Made by a program: the position numbers and the translations under genes | Notes under the pieces: generated by a model | The model's input: the letters and a program-made list of their open reading frames with translations, nothing else | Database searches by the model: none | Told to the model about the DNA's origin: nothing | Origin: a virus | Direction: 5' to 3' (one strand) | DNA: 28,424 nucleotides | UHGV virus genome: UHGV-0364842 | Shown here: positions 1 through 9,375 of the stretch, piece by piece | How the letters are laid out: each line of letters opens with the position of its first letter | How positions within the stretch are numbered: the stretch's first letter is position 1

Positions 1-10
1 TGTATATGGC

Positions 11-325
11 TTGCAGAGAAAGAAGAACGCGAGCGAATTTACCAGACATCAATCCGACCATTCCGCAAAGCCACATATACCCACTTCCCTGAAATTGACC
101 CGCGCCTGCGTAATTACCGCTCACGCTATGGTGCTATCAGTAATGACTGAGGAATTTACCATGAGAGGACTTGCATACAATCCCGGCATTCTTCCGGCAG
201 AAATGATTATTCGCCAACGCGTAAAGCCAATGCCATCTAGAGAGGAATTGCTTAAGAGAAATTCTTTTCCATCAGTGAATCAAAACAAATATCTGAATGC
301 GATGTTGCGGAGTGGGAAGAAATGA
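11..325 (+). CDS. hypothetical early-region protein; frame is open to the window start, so the true start may lie upstream (possible 5' partial)
   Basis: ORF with TTG/ATG starts; its stop overlaps the next gene's ATG (ATGA at 322-325), suggesting translational coupling. No recognisable domain. Confidence 0.35.
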   Translation: MQRKKNASEFTRHQSDHSAKPHIPTSLKLTRACVITAHAMVLSVMTEEFTMRGLAYNPGILPAEMIIRQRVKPMPSREELLKRNSFPSVNQNKYLNAMLRSGKK

Positions 326-978
326 AACAAATGTCACTAATTGAGATGGATGGTTTTCTGAAAGGTAAATGCATCCCACGAGATTTAAAGGTTAACGAAA
401 CAAACGCTGAATATCTTGTCCGTAAGTTCGGTGAACTTGAATCAAAACTGGAAACGGCGTTGCGGGAGTGTCGTTCTGCTGGAATCACGATTGATAACCT
501 TGAGGCCAAGTGCGCGGCGCTGGCGGCGGAGAATGCTGGGCTGAAGTCTGAAACTCCACTTGGTGCCATCGAGAATGGCAGAGCGTTTGCAGACCGTTTA
601 GAGAATTACCAGTTCGAGTGTGAAGGCGGAAACCTAAACATGTGCAGTGATTGGCAGGAGTTTCGCCGTTGCTTCGAGTATTTATCTGAATGGGCAATGC
701 ATAGCCAGACAGAGCACCCAGCCACCGATGCTTTCCTGGCTGAAGTGAAGACTGAAGCACGCAAGGAAGGGGCTTACTTTGTGGCGAACAGAATGTTGGC
801 TGCCTGGAAAGCTGGTTTTATTGATGATACTGCGAAGAACGCCGAGGATATTGCCCGGATGATTCTTACCTCTACTGAGTTTATGGCTAATGCGCCGGAA
901 GGCGATTTTGACCGCTCATTCTCTGATGGCGTTCTCGAAGATATCGCTGAACAGCTTCGTAAAGGAGTCATCCAGTGA
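322..978 (+). CDS. hypothetical phage early-region protein (ea/ead-like accessory gene)
   Basis: 218-aa ORF, coupled to the upstream gene (ATGA) and downstream gene (GTGA overlap at 975-978); sits in the pL-distal accessory region upstream of xis-int. Confidence 0.55.
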   Translation: MKQMSLIEMDGFLKGKCIPRDLKVNETNAEYLVRKFGELESKLETALRECRSAGITIDNLEAKCAALAAENAGLKSETPLGAIENGRAFADRLENYQFECEGGNLNMCSDWQEFRRCFEYLSEWAMHSQTEHPATDAFLAEVKTEARKEGAYFVANRMLAAWKAGFIDDTAKNAEDIARMILTSTEFMANAPEGDFDRSFSDGVLEDIAEQLRKGVIQ

Positions 979-1667
979 GCAAGATTGATTATCAGGCACT
1001 GCGTGAAGCGGCAGAGAAAGCCGGTGAAGATAAGTGGCAGGCTAAAAAAATAAATGGTGATTTTTTCGTTATTCGTCACGGTAGTTATACAAGACAGCAT
1101 GGCTACACATCGTATCAACACATTGCGGAGATTGATTGTAAGTCAGTCCGGGATTTTGTTGCCAAGGCTAATCCGGCTACCGTGCTTGCGCTTCTTGATG
1201 AACTGGAAGCTCAAAGCAAACGCATTGCAGAGCTGGAGAAAAAAGCTGCACCAGATTCGTTTGGCATCATCGGTGAAAATATTCGAACACAGGATAATCG
1301 AATAACGTCAGACCCTATGTTTTGTGTGTATCAAAAGCGCGAAATCGTTGTTGATGCTGATTATGACTATGACCGGATTGTCTGGGTTGATGAAGATGGT
1401 AATGAAGCCAATAAACGCCAAAGTCGTCGTCTCGAACTACTTCACGAAAACTTTCGAGAGCCACCAGAAAAATGGCGGCGCGTTGCTGTGAAAGATATTG
1501 ATGAATTCGTTACCTGCTGTTTCACCGAACAGGGTTGTAAAGACTACCTGGCAGCCAATGGTCACAATCTTCGCTTGCCATTTATATATGTAAAAAGCGG
1601 TTTCAGGAACGCTGAATATATCGGCATAAGAAACTGGCTTGCTGGCATTCGCATCAAAGGAGAGTGA
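975..1667 (+). CDS. ead/Ea22-like family protein (tentative)
   Basis: 230-aa ORF; N-terminus [18 protein letters not shown] resembles Ea22/ead-type prophage proteins as recalled; contains a coiled-coil-like segment; chained to neighbours. Confidence 0.5.
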   Translation: MSKIDYQALREAAEKAGEDKWQAKKINGDFFVIRHGSYTRQHGYTSYQHIAEIDCKSVRDFVAKANPATVLALLDELEAQSKRIAELEKKAAPDSFGIIGENIRTQDNRITSDPMFCVYQKREIVVDADYDYDRIVWVDEDGNEANKRQSRRLELLHENFREPPEKWRRVAVKDIDEFVTCCFTEQGCKDYLAANGHNLRLPFIYVKSGFRNAEYIGIRNWLAGIRIKGE

Positions 1668-1668
1668 T

Positions 1669-1932
1669 ATGGCAACTTTGACAAAAAAGGAACAGGCATG
1701 GTTGAGCGAATTACAGAACGTTCTTGATCGCTGCCCGTCACCGAAAAAAATTGGTTTTTACACCATTGGCGATAAAAGCATTTACCTGTATGACCTGCGC
1801 CGCATGGATGAAATCATGGAGGCTCTTGATAATCGTTCGTCGATGGATTGGTGTGTTGCTGTTCATGATATGAATGCAGGGTTTGATGAAAAGATTTTGT
1901 TCCCCTCATCAGTTGAAAGCACTGCGGGTTAA
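1669..1932 (+). CDS. hypothetical small phage protein
   Basis: ATG at 1669 preceded by AAAGGAGAG RBS; 87 aa (MATLTKKEQAWLSELQ...). The ORF-track start at 1639 is probably too far upstream. Confidence 0.5.
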   Translation: MATLTKKEQAWLSELQNVLDRCPSPKKIGFYTIGDKSIYLYDLRRMDEIMEALDNRSSMDWCVAVHDMNAGFDEKILFPSSVESTAG

Positions 1933-1942
1933 GGAGTAACAC

Positions 1943-2446
1943 ATGACCACTATTACCAAAGAACGTATTGAATTGTTCATTAAAAATCCGCTTGAAAACG
2001 GACTTACCCGTGGCGAACAAATGGAACTGGCACGAATTGCTCTGGCATCGCTGGAAGCAGATCCGGTGGCGTGGAAGGTAACCTTCACGCAAATTGACCG
2101 TGAATATAACACGTTCACTGGTATGTATTCTGACAAAGCAGAAGTCGAACGTTGGGTGCGGCTGCATAAAGCATGTAATTTTCGGGCAGATATAACACCG
2201 CTTTATACCGCCCAGCCAGCGCCGGTAACTCCGGATGGTTGGATAAGCTGTAGTGATCGAATGCCGGAAGAAACCAAAATGTTACTGGCATTTAGTCAAG
2301 GTGAAATCGTGGCAGCATATTGGAACTGGGTTGTAAATCCAATTGATTACAAAAAATATAGAGCTTTCACATATTTATCAGGATATATCTTGGATGACGT
2401 AACCCACTGGATGCCGCTACCAGAACCGCCGCAGGAGACAAAATGA
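1943..2446 (+). CDS. DUF551-domain protein
   Basis: TAAGGAG RBS; the C-terminal WMPLPEPP motif is typical of prophage DUF551 proteins (from memory). Confidence 0.6.
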   Translation: MTTITKERIELFIKNPLENGLTRGEQMELARIALASLEADPVAWKVTFTQIDREYNTFTGMYSDKAEVERWVRLHKACNFRADITPLYTAQPAPVTPDGWISCSDRMPEETKMLLAFSQGEIVAAYWNWVVNPIDYKKYRAFTYLSGYILDDVTHWMPLPEPPQETK

Positions 2447-2703
2447 TGGATGTAAAAGAGAAGGTATTGCAGGTGATACGTTCCCGTGCTGCCCTGCAAG
2501 AGAAAGCTCTCGGCTGGGAATATCCATTCACGATAGCAACCTGGAATCTGCGGTTGGCAATGGAGAAGGAATTTCCTGATGAAGAATGGCGTTCGGCAGA
2601 TTTGCGCAAAATTCTTATGGAGATGGCTAAAGACGGAACAGTATCTAAAGATAACCATGCCAGCCGGATTGGTCAGGCGATATGGAGACTGGAGGTGCGG
2701 TAA
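2443..2703 (+). CDS. hypothetical small phage protein
   Basis: 86-aa ORF with start overlapping the upstream stop (ATGATGG); stop overlaps the next start (TAATG). Confidence 0.45.
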   Translation: MMDVKEKVLQVIRSRAALQEKALGWEYPFTIATWNLRLAMEKEFPDEEWRSADLRKILMEMAKDGTVSKDNHASRIGQAIWRLEVR

Positions 2704-2987
2704 TGGCTAACCTGCAACTTGCCGTTAAAGGTGAATACTTCGATGCCATGATTCGCGGGGAGAAAACGGAAGAGTATCGCCTGTGTAATGACTACTGGAA
2801 TAAGCGAATTATGTTCCGGGAATATGACCGCCTGATTATCACAAAGGGATATCCGAAGCGCGACGATTCCAGCCGCAGAATTGATGTTCCGTATGACGGA
2901 TATGAGATCAAGACAATCACACATCCGCACTTCGGTGATAAACCGGTAAAGGTGTTCGCGATAAAGGTGAATATCAGCAATGAATAA
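2703..2987 (+). CDS. ASCH/DUF3850-like (PUA-fold) protein
   Basis: ATG at 2703 after a GGAGG RBS; N-terminal LQLAVKGEYFDAMIRGEKTEEYR fits the ASCH/DUF3850 pattern as recalled. Confidence 0.45.
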   Translation: MANLQLAVKGEYFDAMIRGEKTEEYRLCNDYWNKRIMFREYDRLIITKGYPKRDDSSRRIDVPYDGYEIKTITHPHFGDKPVKVFAIKVNISNE

Positions 2988-3059
2988 CAATCCTCGCACT
3001 GACGGGGATTTCTTTTATCTGAGCTCGCTACGGCGAGTTTTGTTTTATGGAGACAAGAA

Positions 3060-3404
3060 ATGTCAGATTTGGCTATGAAAGTTTTGAAATGGCAATCGAC
3101 TGGCGATGTCGGCATCAGTAGCGCAACTCTTGCCTCAATCGCATGTGGACTGAAAAAGAATATCTATGGTCATCACTTTGGAGCTCCCCATGACGCAGCC
3201 GATTTCCGACGATGCGTTGCACTTGTTGAGCAGATCCCAGAAATCAGAGATTCATTCGACAAGGTTGCAAAGCGCGTTCCGGCATTCAAAGGCATCCTCA
3301 ACGAATGGGATTCCCTCGTTGCTCTGTTGAAATCTGAAATGAAGATACACGGAAACAAAGCACCAGAGACTTACAGAAGAATTAGCGAGTTACGCAAGGA
3401 CTAA
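3060..3404 (+). CDS. hypothetical phage protein
   Basis: 114-aa ORF with a GGAGA RBS; no recognisable domain. Confidence 0.45.
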   Translation: MSDLAMKVLKWQSTGDVGISSATLASIACGLKKNIYGHHFGAPHDAADFRRCVALVEQIPEIRDSFDKVAKRVPAFKGILNEWDSLVALLKSEMKIHGNKAPETYRRISELRKD

Positions 3405-3462
3405 CCACAGCCTCACACTCGATGAGGTCTGTTCATTGCTCAATGATATCCAGACTTACCAT

Positions 3463-3488
3463 CGCCGCATCAATGCGGTTTTTTATTG
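3463..3488 (+). terminator. candidate rho-independent terminator (short stem)
   Basis: CCGCA-tcaa-TGCGG hairpin followed by TTTTTTATT; lies between the accessory genes and xis. Confidence 0.35.
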
Positions 3489-3529
3489 CCTGATTTGCAG
3501 GTTCGATTCCCTATTCGGAGATAGCACTC

Positions 3530-3730
3530 ATGCAACACGAACTACAGCCTGATTCACTGGTTGATTTGAAATTCATCATGGCCGATACTGGCTTCGGTAA
3601 AACCTTCATCTACGACCGGATTAAGTCCGGCGACCTGCCAAAAGCCAAAGTTATCCACGGGCGAGCAAGATGGTTATATCGTGACCATTGTGAATTCAAA
3701 AATAAGCTCTTAAGCCGCGCCAATGGGTAA
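3530..3730 (+). CDS. xis: AlpA-family excisionase / DNA-binding regulator
   Basis: 66 aa; FIMADTGFGKTFIYDRIKSGDLPKAKVIHGRARWLYRD resembles AlpA/Xis-type helix-turn-helix proteins; immediately upstream of the integrase. Confidence 0.7.
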   Translation: MQHELQPDSLVDLKFIMADTGFGKTFIYDRIKSGDLPKAKVIHGRARWLYRDHCEFKNKLLSRANG

Positions 3731-3979
3731 AATAGCGGGTAAAATATTTCTCACATCTAAAAAATACCATTCCAATCAATCCCCTGCTGTCTCAAGTAGA
3801 TGTCTGCAGGGGACACCATTTATCAGTTCGCTCCCATCCGTACCAGTCCGCAAAATCCCCTGAATATCAAGCCTTCCGTAGATTCACGGTTCGTCATGGT
3901 TCGCGTCAGATCGTTGACAGCCGCACACCATGACGGGTAAAAAGTGGATAAAATAATTTTACCCACCGGATTTTTACCC
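3722..3979. other. candidate attP / integrase arm-site region (GGGTAAAA direct and inverted repeats)
   Basis: GGGTAAAAT at 3725-3733 and 3737-3745, GGGTAAAAA at 3935-3943, inverted TTTTACCC at 3957-3964 and 3972-3979; an 8-bp inverted repeat TCCCCTGC...GCAGGGGA lies between them. Confidence 0.3.
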
Positions 3980-5125
3980 ATGCTCACCGTTAAGCAGATT
4001 GAAGCAGCAAAGCCGAAAGAAAAACCATACCGCCTACTCGATGGTAATGGCCTGTACCTTTATGTCCCTGTGTCAGGGAAAAAGGTATGGCAGCTTCGCT
4101 ACAAGATTGACGGTAAGGAGAAAATCCTGACCGTAGGAAAATATCCGCTAATGACTTTGCAGGAAGCAAGAGATAAAGCATGGACCGCGAGGAAAGACAT
4201 CTCGGTTGGCATCGATCCGGTAAAAGCGAAAAAGGCTTCGTCTAACAACAATTCCTTTAGTGCGATTTACAAGGAATGGTACGAGCACAAGAAGCAAGTC
4301 TGGTCAGTAGGCTATGCAAATGAACTTGCAAAAATGTTTGATGACGACATTTTACCTATCATCGGCGGCCTTGAAATTCAGGATATTGAGCCGATGCAAC
4401 TGCTGGAAGTAATCCGCAGATTTGAAGATCGCGGTGCAATGGAGCGAGCAAATAAAGCCCGCAGAAGATGCGGCGAGGTTTTCCGTTACGCTATTGTCAC
4501 TGGTAGGGCTAAATATAACCCGGCACCTGACCTTGCTGACGCCATGAAGGGATACCGCAAGAAAAACTTCCCGTTTCTTCCTGCAGACCAGATCCCGGCA
4601 TTTAACAAAGCACTGGCAACATTTTCAGGAAGCATCGTATCGCTCATTGCGACCAAGGTTTTACGCTATACAGCCCTCAGAACAAAAGAGCTTCGTTCCA
4701 TGCTATGGAAGAACGTCGATTTTGAAAACAGGATTATCACCATCGACGCCAGTGTGATGAAGGGACGCAAAATTCATGTAGTTCCTATGTCAGACCAGGT
4801 AGTTGAACTTCTCACTACGCTAAGCTCAATCACCAAACCAGTATCAGAGTTTGTTTTTGCCGGGCGCAACGATAAGAAAAAGCCAATCTGCGAGAACGCG
4901 GTGCTACTTGTGATCAAACAAATCGGCTATGAGGGTCTGGAAAGCGGTCACGGATTCAGGCATGAATTCAGCACGATTATGAACGAGCACGAATGGCCTG
5001 CTGATGCTATTGAAGTGCAACTGGCACATGCCAACGGCGGATCTGTGCGCGGGATTTACAACCATGCTCAGTATCTCGATAAGCGCAGAGAAATGATGCA
5101 GTGGTGGGCTGATTGGTTAGGGTAG
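3980..5125 (+). CDS. int: tyrosine integrase, P4/IntA-like
   Basis: N-terminus MLTVKQIEAAKPKEKPYRLLDGNGLYLYV is typical of P4-type integrases; C-terminal catalytic region with the HxxR...Y pattern. An in-frame GTG at 3944 is an alternative start. Confidence 0.9.
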   Translation: MLTVKQIEAAKPKEKPYRLLDGNGLYLYVPVSGKKVWQLRYKIDGKEKILTVGKYPLMTLQEARDKAWTARKDISVGIDPVKAKKASSNNNSFSAIYKEWYEHKKQVWSVGYANELAKMFDDDILPIIGGLEIQDIEPMQLLEVIRRFEDRGAMERANKARRRCGEVFRYAIVTGRAKYNPAPDLADAMKGYRKKNFPFLPADQIPAFNKALATFSGSIVSLIATKVLRYTALRTKELRSMLWKNVDFENRIITIDASVMKGRKIHVVPMSDQVVELLTTLSSITKPVSEFVFAGRNDKKKPICENAVLLVIKQIGYEGLESGHGFRHEFSTIMNEHEWPADAIEVQLAHANGGSVRGIYNHAQYLDKRREMMQWWADWLG

Positions 5126-5214
5126 CCATCCTTGGCATTAACACAGCATTTTTACGCAACAACACGGCACACCACGTTACGCGTCGGCACAGTGCGACAC
5201 GCGGATGTCACAAA

Positions 5215-7593
5215 TTAAACAGTGTATCCAGAAAATACGTATCGCTGAGTAACTGATGCTTCTGCTTGTATCTCAATTCCAGTTGAGCTAACTACGCAGT
5301 TAACTTCAAAAGATGTTGCTGAACCGATATTCATCGCAAACGTTCCGTTATTAACTCCTGTAGTTTTAGTAACTTTCTCTCCTGTTGACTTAGTAAATTC
5401 GATCGTTGTTGCTGTTGAACTTTTTGATATCGTGAATTTTAAATTACGATCACCAGAATCGCCATTATTTATAATAATAAATCTATCTCCAGTAGCGATA
5501 TTAGTAGTGGTTGGTACCCCAACCCTAAATAATACAACTGGAGATGATGAAATTCCATCAAACCCAACACGCATAATACCAACTGAGTTCCATAAGTGAC
5601 CAAAGTCTAACTCTGTACCAGATAGTACATTCCCGGTGCATGTACACATATCTGATAACGTAGGGTTTGATGATGGATTAGTTATCCTGCATCTTGTTTT
5701 TGAATTAAACTTATTATCAGAAATGACAAGATTCATATTAGAATACCCATCATTGTTAGTGGTGTAATCAGTAAATACAGTAAGGTCGCCAAACATACCT
5801 TTGTTATTTGATATATTCAGTGTGCCAGTAAACCCGCCACCACCAGATTGACTACCTGTGTTCATTTGCACCAATCCAACTACTAACGCATCTGGCAGAT
5901 CGAAAATATTGTCCGTAACCGTAATCTGCTGACGCAAGTTGTACGGGTACAAAGAAACACGTACAAAGTTAGTGCTAGTATTAGCAGGTGAAGAGAAGTG
6001 ACAGCCGGATATAACTACGTTAGTTAGAGGTGTGCCATTCGCAACGTAGTTAAGAGTAATTAGCTCGATATCACAGTTATGAATATGCACGAACCTATTA
6101 CCATACACCAACGGACCTACTGTTGGTGATCCTACCCAATCGCGTGTTTCTGCGAACAGGAATGTACCCTTGGAGTTGGCAAGTGTAATGTCCGGGAATA
6201 GCTCCTGCATGACACTGACGTAGTTACGGCGGTAGAACCAGCGCTTGTTAGTGCTACTGTACTGATAGGCCTCTTTGATTTTATGCGGCACCATAAGGCA
6301 GGAGTTCCAGCCAATGCAGTCTTCGATAGTGATATCACTCTCTTGAACAAGGTGCGCTTTATTGTAAATGTCGTACATTTCTAGAGTAGCATTAGATCTG
6401 CATTTAACTCCTTTTTGATATCCTTTGTAATGGCTAAGTGACCAGCAAGACACTAACGCCATTGCTGTATATCCGTTAGAACCATCTGCCCAAAAATCGT
6501 CATCATTATCAATAGAGTAGTCATGTATTGAAACGTTCTTCATAGCATGGCGAATTTGTTTTTCGTAGATATTTTCGTTAACACTACCTATTTGTATAAA
6601 TGTGCCAGCCATATTATGAACTGTGAAATTTGAAATATCTATTGTCTCGTGAGGGAAGTCTCGCGTAAGAAGAATGAAATCGTAAGGACTCTCAGCGTGA
6701 AAATGCGTTAATGAAATGCTATCGCAACCATAGCTTACTTCATCTGGATTTATATTTAATGGGCCGATCGCAGTAAATATTTCAACCCGACCAGTTGTAT
6801 AGAATTTAGATGCTTTTATGGATTTTATTTTTGTTATTGATCCATCAACCACACCAACCAGCCTTGGCCTGATAGATGAAATTTCGCTGCCATGGACAAT
6901 GAAATCTTCACCATAGAAATACCCATTTGTTTTTAAATAAAAGTTATAACCGTTACCTGGGTATATATCCCCACCCCCCCAAATATTAAGGAAAGATACT
7001 GAAATATTCATATCATCAGGAAGATATACGGATTTACCCATTAGATTTAGATTGACACCGCCAAACAAAGACTCCATCTCTTCAAGAGCGGTTTTGTTTA
7101 AAGACGCTGATAGCGGTGCATTATAAACGCCACCAAATGCGGATATGTCACCGTTCATCCATGATAAATACTTATCAAGTGATGCGTTAGATACATTTTC
7201 ACCTGAATGATGAATATATGATGTCCCATTTGGTTCAACCAGTCTTTGAGCCAACTGATCAGGGTCGTATTTCAGCACATTCGGAAAATAGAACTGCTGT
7301 GCACCATACGCATCATAAACAGCCATAGAATGGCCTTGCACGGTAACGAATTTGGCAATCTGTCCGTTATATACCGGATATCCGGCAGCGTTAATGATGA
7401 TTGGTTGCGAAACAGGAACGTGAGAACCGTCTTCGTTCTCCACATAAACCTGAATCTGGTTTTCAGGATTTACCGGGTCAGTGTCAATTTTACCGATATA
7501 AATTTTTCCATTGGCTACGGCTTTAAAAGAACGCGCCATAGTGAAGAGTTGCGAAGGCATGCTTACCACAACATTGGCTGTAATGTCTGTCAT
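5215..7593 (-). CDS. tailspike protein: P22 gp9-like head-binding domain with a divergent receptor-binding domain
   Basis: The first ~115 aa closely match the recalled P22 tailspike N-terminus ([11 protein letters not shown]...VLKYDPDQ); the remaining ~680 aa are unrelated to the P22 endorhamnosidase domain. Confidence 0.9.
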   Translation of the reverse strand: MTDITANVVVSMPSQLFTMARSFKAVANGKIYIGKIDTDPVNPENQIQVYVENEDGSHVPVSQPIIINAAGYPVYNGQIAKFVTVQGHSMAVYDAYGAQQFYFPNVLKYDPDQLAQRLVEPNGTSYIHHSGENVSNASLDKYLSWMNGDISAFGGVYNAPLSASLNKTALEEMESLFGGVNLNLMGKSVYLPDDMNISVSFLNIWGGGDIYPGNGYNFYLKTNGYFYGEDFIVHGSEISSIRPRLVGVVDGSITKIKSIKASKFYTTGRVEIFTAIGPLNINPDEVSYGCDSISLTHFHAESPYDFILLTRDFPHETIDISNFTVHNMAGTFIQIGSVNENIYEKQIRHAMKNVSIHDYSIDNDDDFWADGSNGYTAMALVSCWSLSHYKGYQKGVKCRSNATLEMYDIYNKAHLVQESDITIEDCIGWNSCLMVPHKIKEAYQYSSTNKRWFYRRNYVSVMQELFPDITLANSKGTFLFAETRDWVGSPTVGPLVYGNRFVHIHNCDIELITLNYVANGTPLTNVVISGCHFSSPANTSTNFVRVSLYPYNLRQQITVTDNIFDLPDALVVGLVQMNTGSQSGGGGFTGTLNISNNKGMFGDLTVFTDYTTNNDGYSNMNLVISDNKFNSKTRCRITNPSSNPTLSDMCTCTGNVLSGTELDFGHLWNSVGIMRVGFDGISSSPVVLFRVGVPTTTNIATGDRFIIINNGDSGDRNLKFTISKSSTATTIEFTKSTGEKVTKTTGVNNGTFAMNIGSATSFEVNCVVSSTGIEIQAEASVTQRYVFSGYTV

Positions 7594-7693
7594 TTAATTT
7601 GCTCCAGATGCAAGGAATCGCCGCAGCATGGCTACGGTGAATTTTGGGCATAAAAAAACCCAGCCGAAGCTGGGTCGTTGCGTTGGTTATCTG

Positions 7694-8617
7694 TCAGTAG
7701 CTATGTACTGAAGGAGGTAATTCTTTATTCTTAAGTCTCATCCATGCGGAAAGATTCGTTGGTCCGTCTGGCTCATTGATATCAACATCTCGTGTGTGAT
7801 TGATTAAAACGTCCCTCGCCATTCCGATAACATACGAGAACTCATGACCGTAGTCGTAGCATCTGCCGGAATAATTCGATTGAATTTGTTTTAGCGCCGG
7901 ATACAGTTCGCGGAATAATGCCTGTGAGCGGTTGGCATAATCCCATAACCATACAAGGCTGTTTGCTTCTTTTGCAGAAAGCTCGTTGGTTTTCTTCTCT
8001 TGTTTGCCAATGAACTCACCTTCAAGCGGAACGCGAGCAGCAAGTGACAGTGCTTCGGTAAACTGCTCCTCACTGATTTCTTTGTACGAACATCCAAAAT
8101 GGGATTTCAGTGACGACCACATGGTGATCATCGCCTTAGCCTGTTTTTCTTTTGGCAGAGACTGACCGCGACTCATGACGAGTTGTTTAATGGCTTCCTG
8201 CTGTTCAGTGGTGATTTTACCCGGCAACGCTTTTTTAGCTTTGCGTGGGTTAACTACATGGCCTTTAGTCCAGTACTCGTATAGCACATCGTCACACTCT
8301 TCTTGATACTGGATTACATTGTCGCGGATTTCAGGGCGGACTTTGTTAGGGCTGATGGTTTGCAACCAGCCATTCAGTTTACGTAAAGCAAGGCAAATCA
8401 TGGTCTGCACACCGCCAACTGAAGGTATTGCGATTTCCACAATACCTTTAGCAAATCTTTGTTTTAACTTTGTAAACTGTGAAGCCCAATCCATACCCAT
8501 TCCCTCAACGATAGGTTTCATTGGGGTGTACGGCTCACCGTTGTGATTGACAACATAAAGCTCTGCGCCGTGGAATGGTACATTGATAGTAGATACTGCT
8601 GTTGCTATACTTTTCAT
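7694..8617 (-). CDS. ant: antirepressor Ant
   Basis: 307 aa; N-terminus [23 protein letters not shown] matches P22-type Ant/BRO-N antirepressors; sits downstream of arc. Confidence 0.8.
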   Translation of the reverse strand: MKSIATAVSTINVPFHGAELYVVNHNGEPYTPMKPIVEGMGMDWASQFTKLKQRFAKGIVEIAIPSVGGVQTMICLALRKLNGWLQTISPNKVRPEIRDNVIQYQEECDDVLYEYWTKGHVVNPRKAKKALPGKITTEQQEAIKQLVMSRGQSLPKEKQAKAMITMWSSLKSHFGCSYKEISEEQFTEALSLAARVPLEGEFIGKQEKKTNELSAKEANSLVWLWDYANRSQALFRELYPALKQIQSNYSGRCYDYGHEFSYVIGMARDVLINHTRDVDINEPDGPTNLSAWMRLKNKELPPSVHSY

Positions 8618-8680
8618 GTCGTTAATTCCTATGCGTGGTTTTACGATATCGAAGCCCTGACTGTTCCCGCAGTTGGGGCT

Positions 8681-8863
8681 TCACTGTTTTATGTTCACAT
8701 CTAACATTGTTTTTCTAGAATTTAACTCTTTCCCCATCGCTTCAACGCAAAGAGATACACAACCACTACAGATAAATATCTCTGCTTTAGCGCGAATCAA
8801 CATTGCACATTCATGCTGAGGCTTTCCGCAGAAGGAGCACTTAAAGCCATCTTCTTTATTCAT
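8681..8863 (-). CDS. ClpX N-terminal zinc-binding-domain-like mini-protein
   Basis: 60 aa; CSFCGKPQHE...LI...FICSGCVSLC matches the ClpX N-domain signature (CSFCGKSQHEV...YICDECVDLC in E. coli ClpX, from memory). Start overlaps the arc stop. Confidence 0.6.
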   Translation of the reverse strand: MNKEDGFKCSFCGKPQHECAMLIRAKAEIFICSGCVSLCVEAMGKELNSRKTMLDVNIKQ

Positions 8864-9012
8864 ATCGCCACCCCCTCTTTCTTCAGGCTGTCTATCAGGC
8901 GCTTGATAACCTCTGAGTTAAACGACCTGCACTCTTCCTTTGCCCTGCTACCGATAGCATCCTTTAACGACTGCGGCATCCTTACCAAAATCTTACTTAT
9001 TTCTTTCTCCAT
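8860..9012 (-). CDS. arc: Arc-like ribbon-helix-helix repressor
   Basis: 50 aa from the ATG at 9012 (GGAGGG RBS); RSFNSEVIKRLIDSLKKEG resembles P22 Arc RSVNSEIYQRVMESFKKEG. Confidence 0.75.
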   Translation of the reverse strand: MEKEISKILVRMPQSLKDAIGSRAKEECRSFNSEVIKRLIDSLKKEGVAI

Positions 9013-9126
9013 GTTACCCTCCACACAAACAACTCTTTTCGAATACAAAAGATAGCAAAGTGAGTATATCTAGTCAAAATTTTTTTGCATACACTTTGAT
9101 ATCAAATTGAATACCAAAGGTGTGTT
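9013..9126. promoter_or_regulatory. divergent immI promoter/operator region (arc-ant operon versus mnt operon)
   Basis: Intergenic region between divergent arc and mnt; perfect 12-bp palindrome TTTGATATCAAA at 9095-9106, flanked by ACACTTTG / CAAAgGTGT. Confidence 0.5.
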
Positions 9127-9375
9127 ATGGCAAAGGGTGTGTCAATTTCTCCAACTACGGTAAGAATCCCTGAATCTTTACGCGAGGCTCTTGCTGTTAG
9201 AGCATCAAAAAATGGTCGCTCTGTTAACTCCGAGATCGTCATGATTTTGCAAGCCGCGATTGATGAAGATAGGTCGCCAAAGTCAGTTGAGTCATTTGCT
9301 CAGCAAGAAGCTGACAAATTCAAAGAGGCGCTGCTGGAGACGCTGAAAACCATGTATGGTAAGGATGATAAATAA
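9127..9375 (+). CDS. mnt: Mnt-like repressor (Arc/MetJ family)
   Basis: 82 aa; NGRSVNSEIVMILQAAI resembles the P22 Mnt N-terminal ribbon-helix-helix domain; divergent from arc. Confidence 0.8.
   Translation: MAKGVSISPTTVRIPESLREALAVRASKNGRSVNSEIVMILQAAIDEDRSPKSVESFAQQEADKFKEALLETLKTMYGKDDK

Noticed and set aside
252-1121. Minus-strand ORFs (252-569, 485-760, 774-1121) overlapping plus-strand genes
   Set aside because: They lie entirely within the coupled plus-strand early gene chain, have no RBS or recognisable product, and have biased low-complexity composition; treated as shadow ORFs.
2988-3059. Short hairpin CTCGC-tacg-GCGAG followed by TTTTGTTTT
   Set aside because: Only a 5-bp stem and it sits within the operon just before a well-placed RBS; too weak to call a terminator with confidence.
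3500-3510. GGTTCGATTCC, a tRNA T-loop-like motif just upstream of xis
   Set aside because: Flanking sequence does not form a T-stem or acceptor stem (GCAGG is not complementary to the downstream CCCTAT) and there is no CCA-end context; judged a chance match rather than a tRNA fragment.
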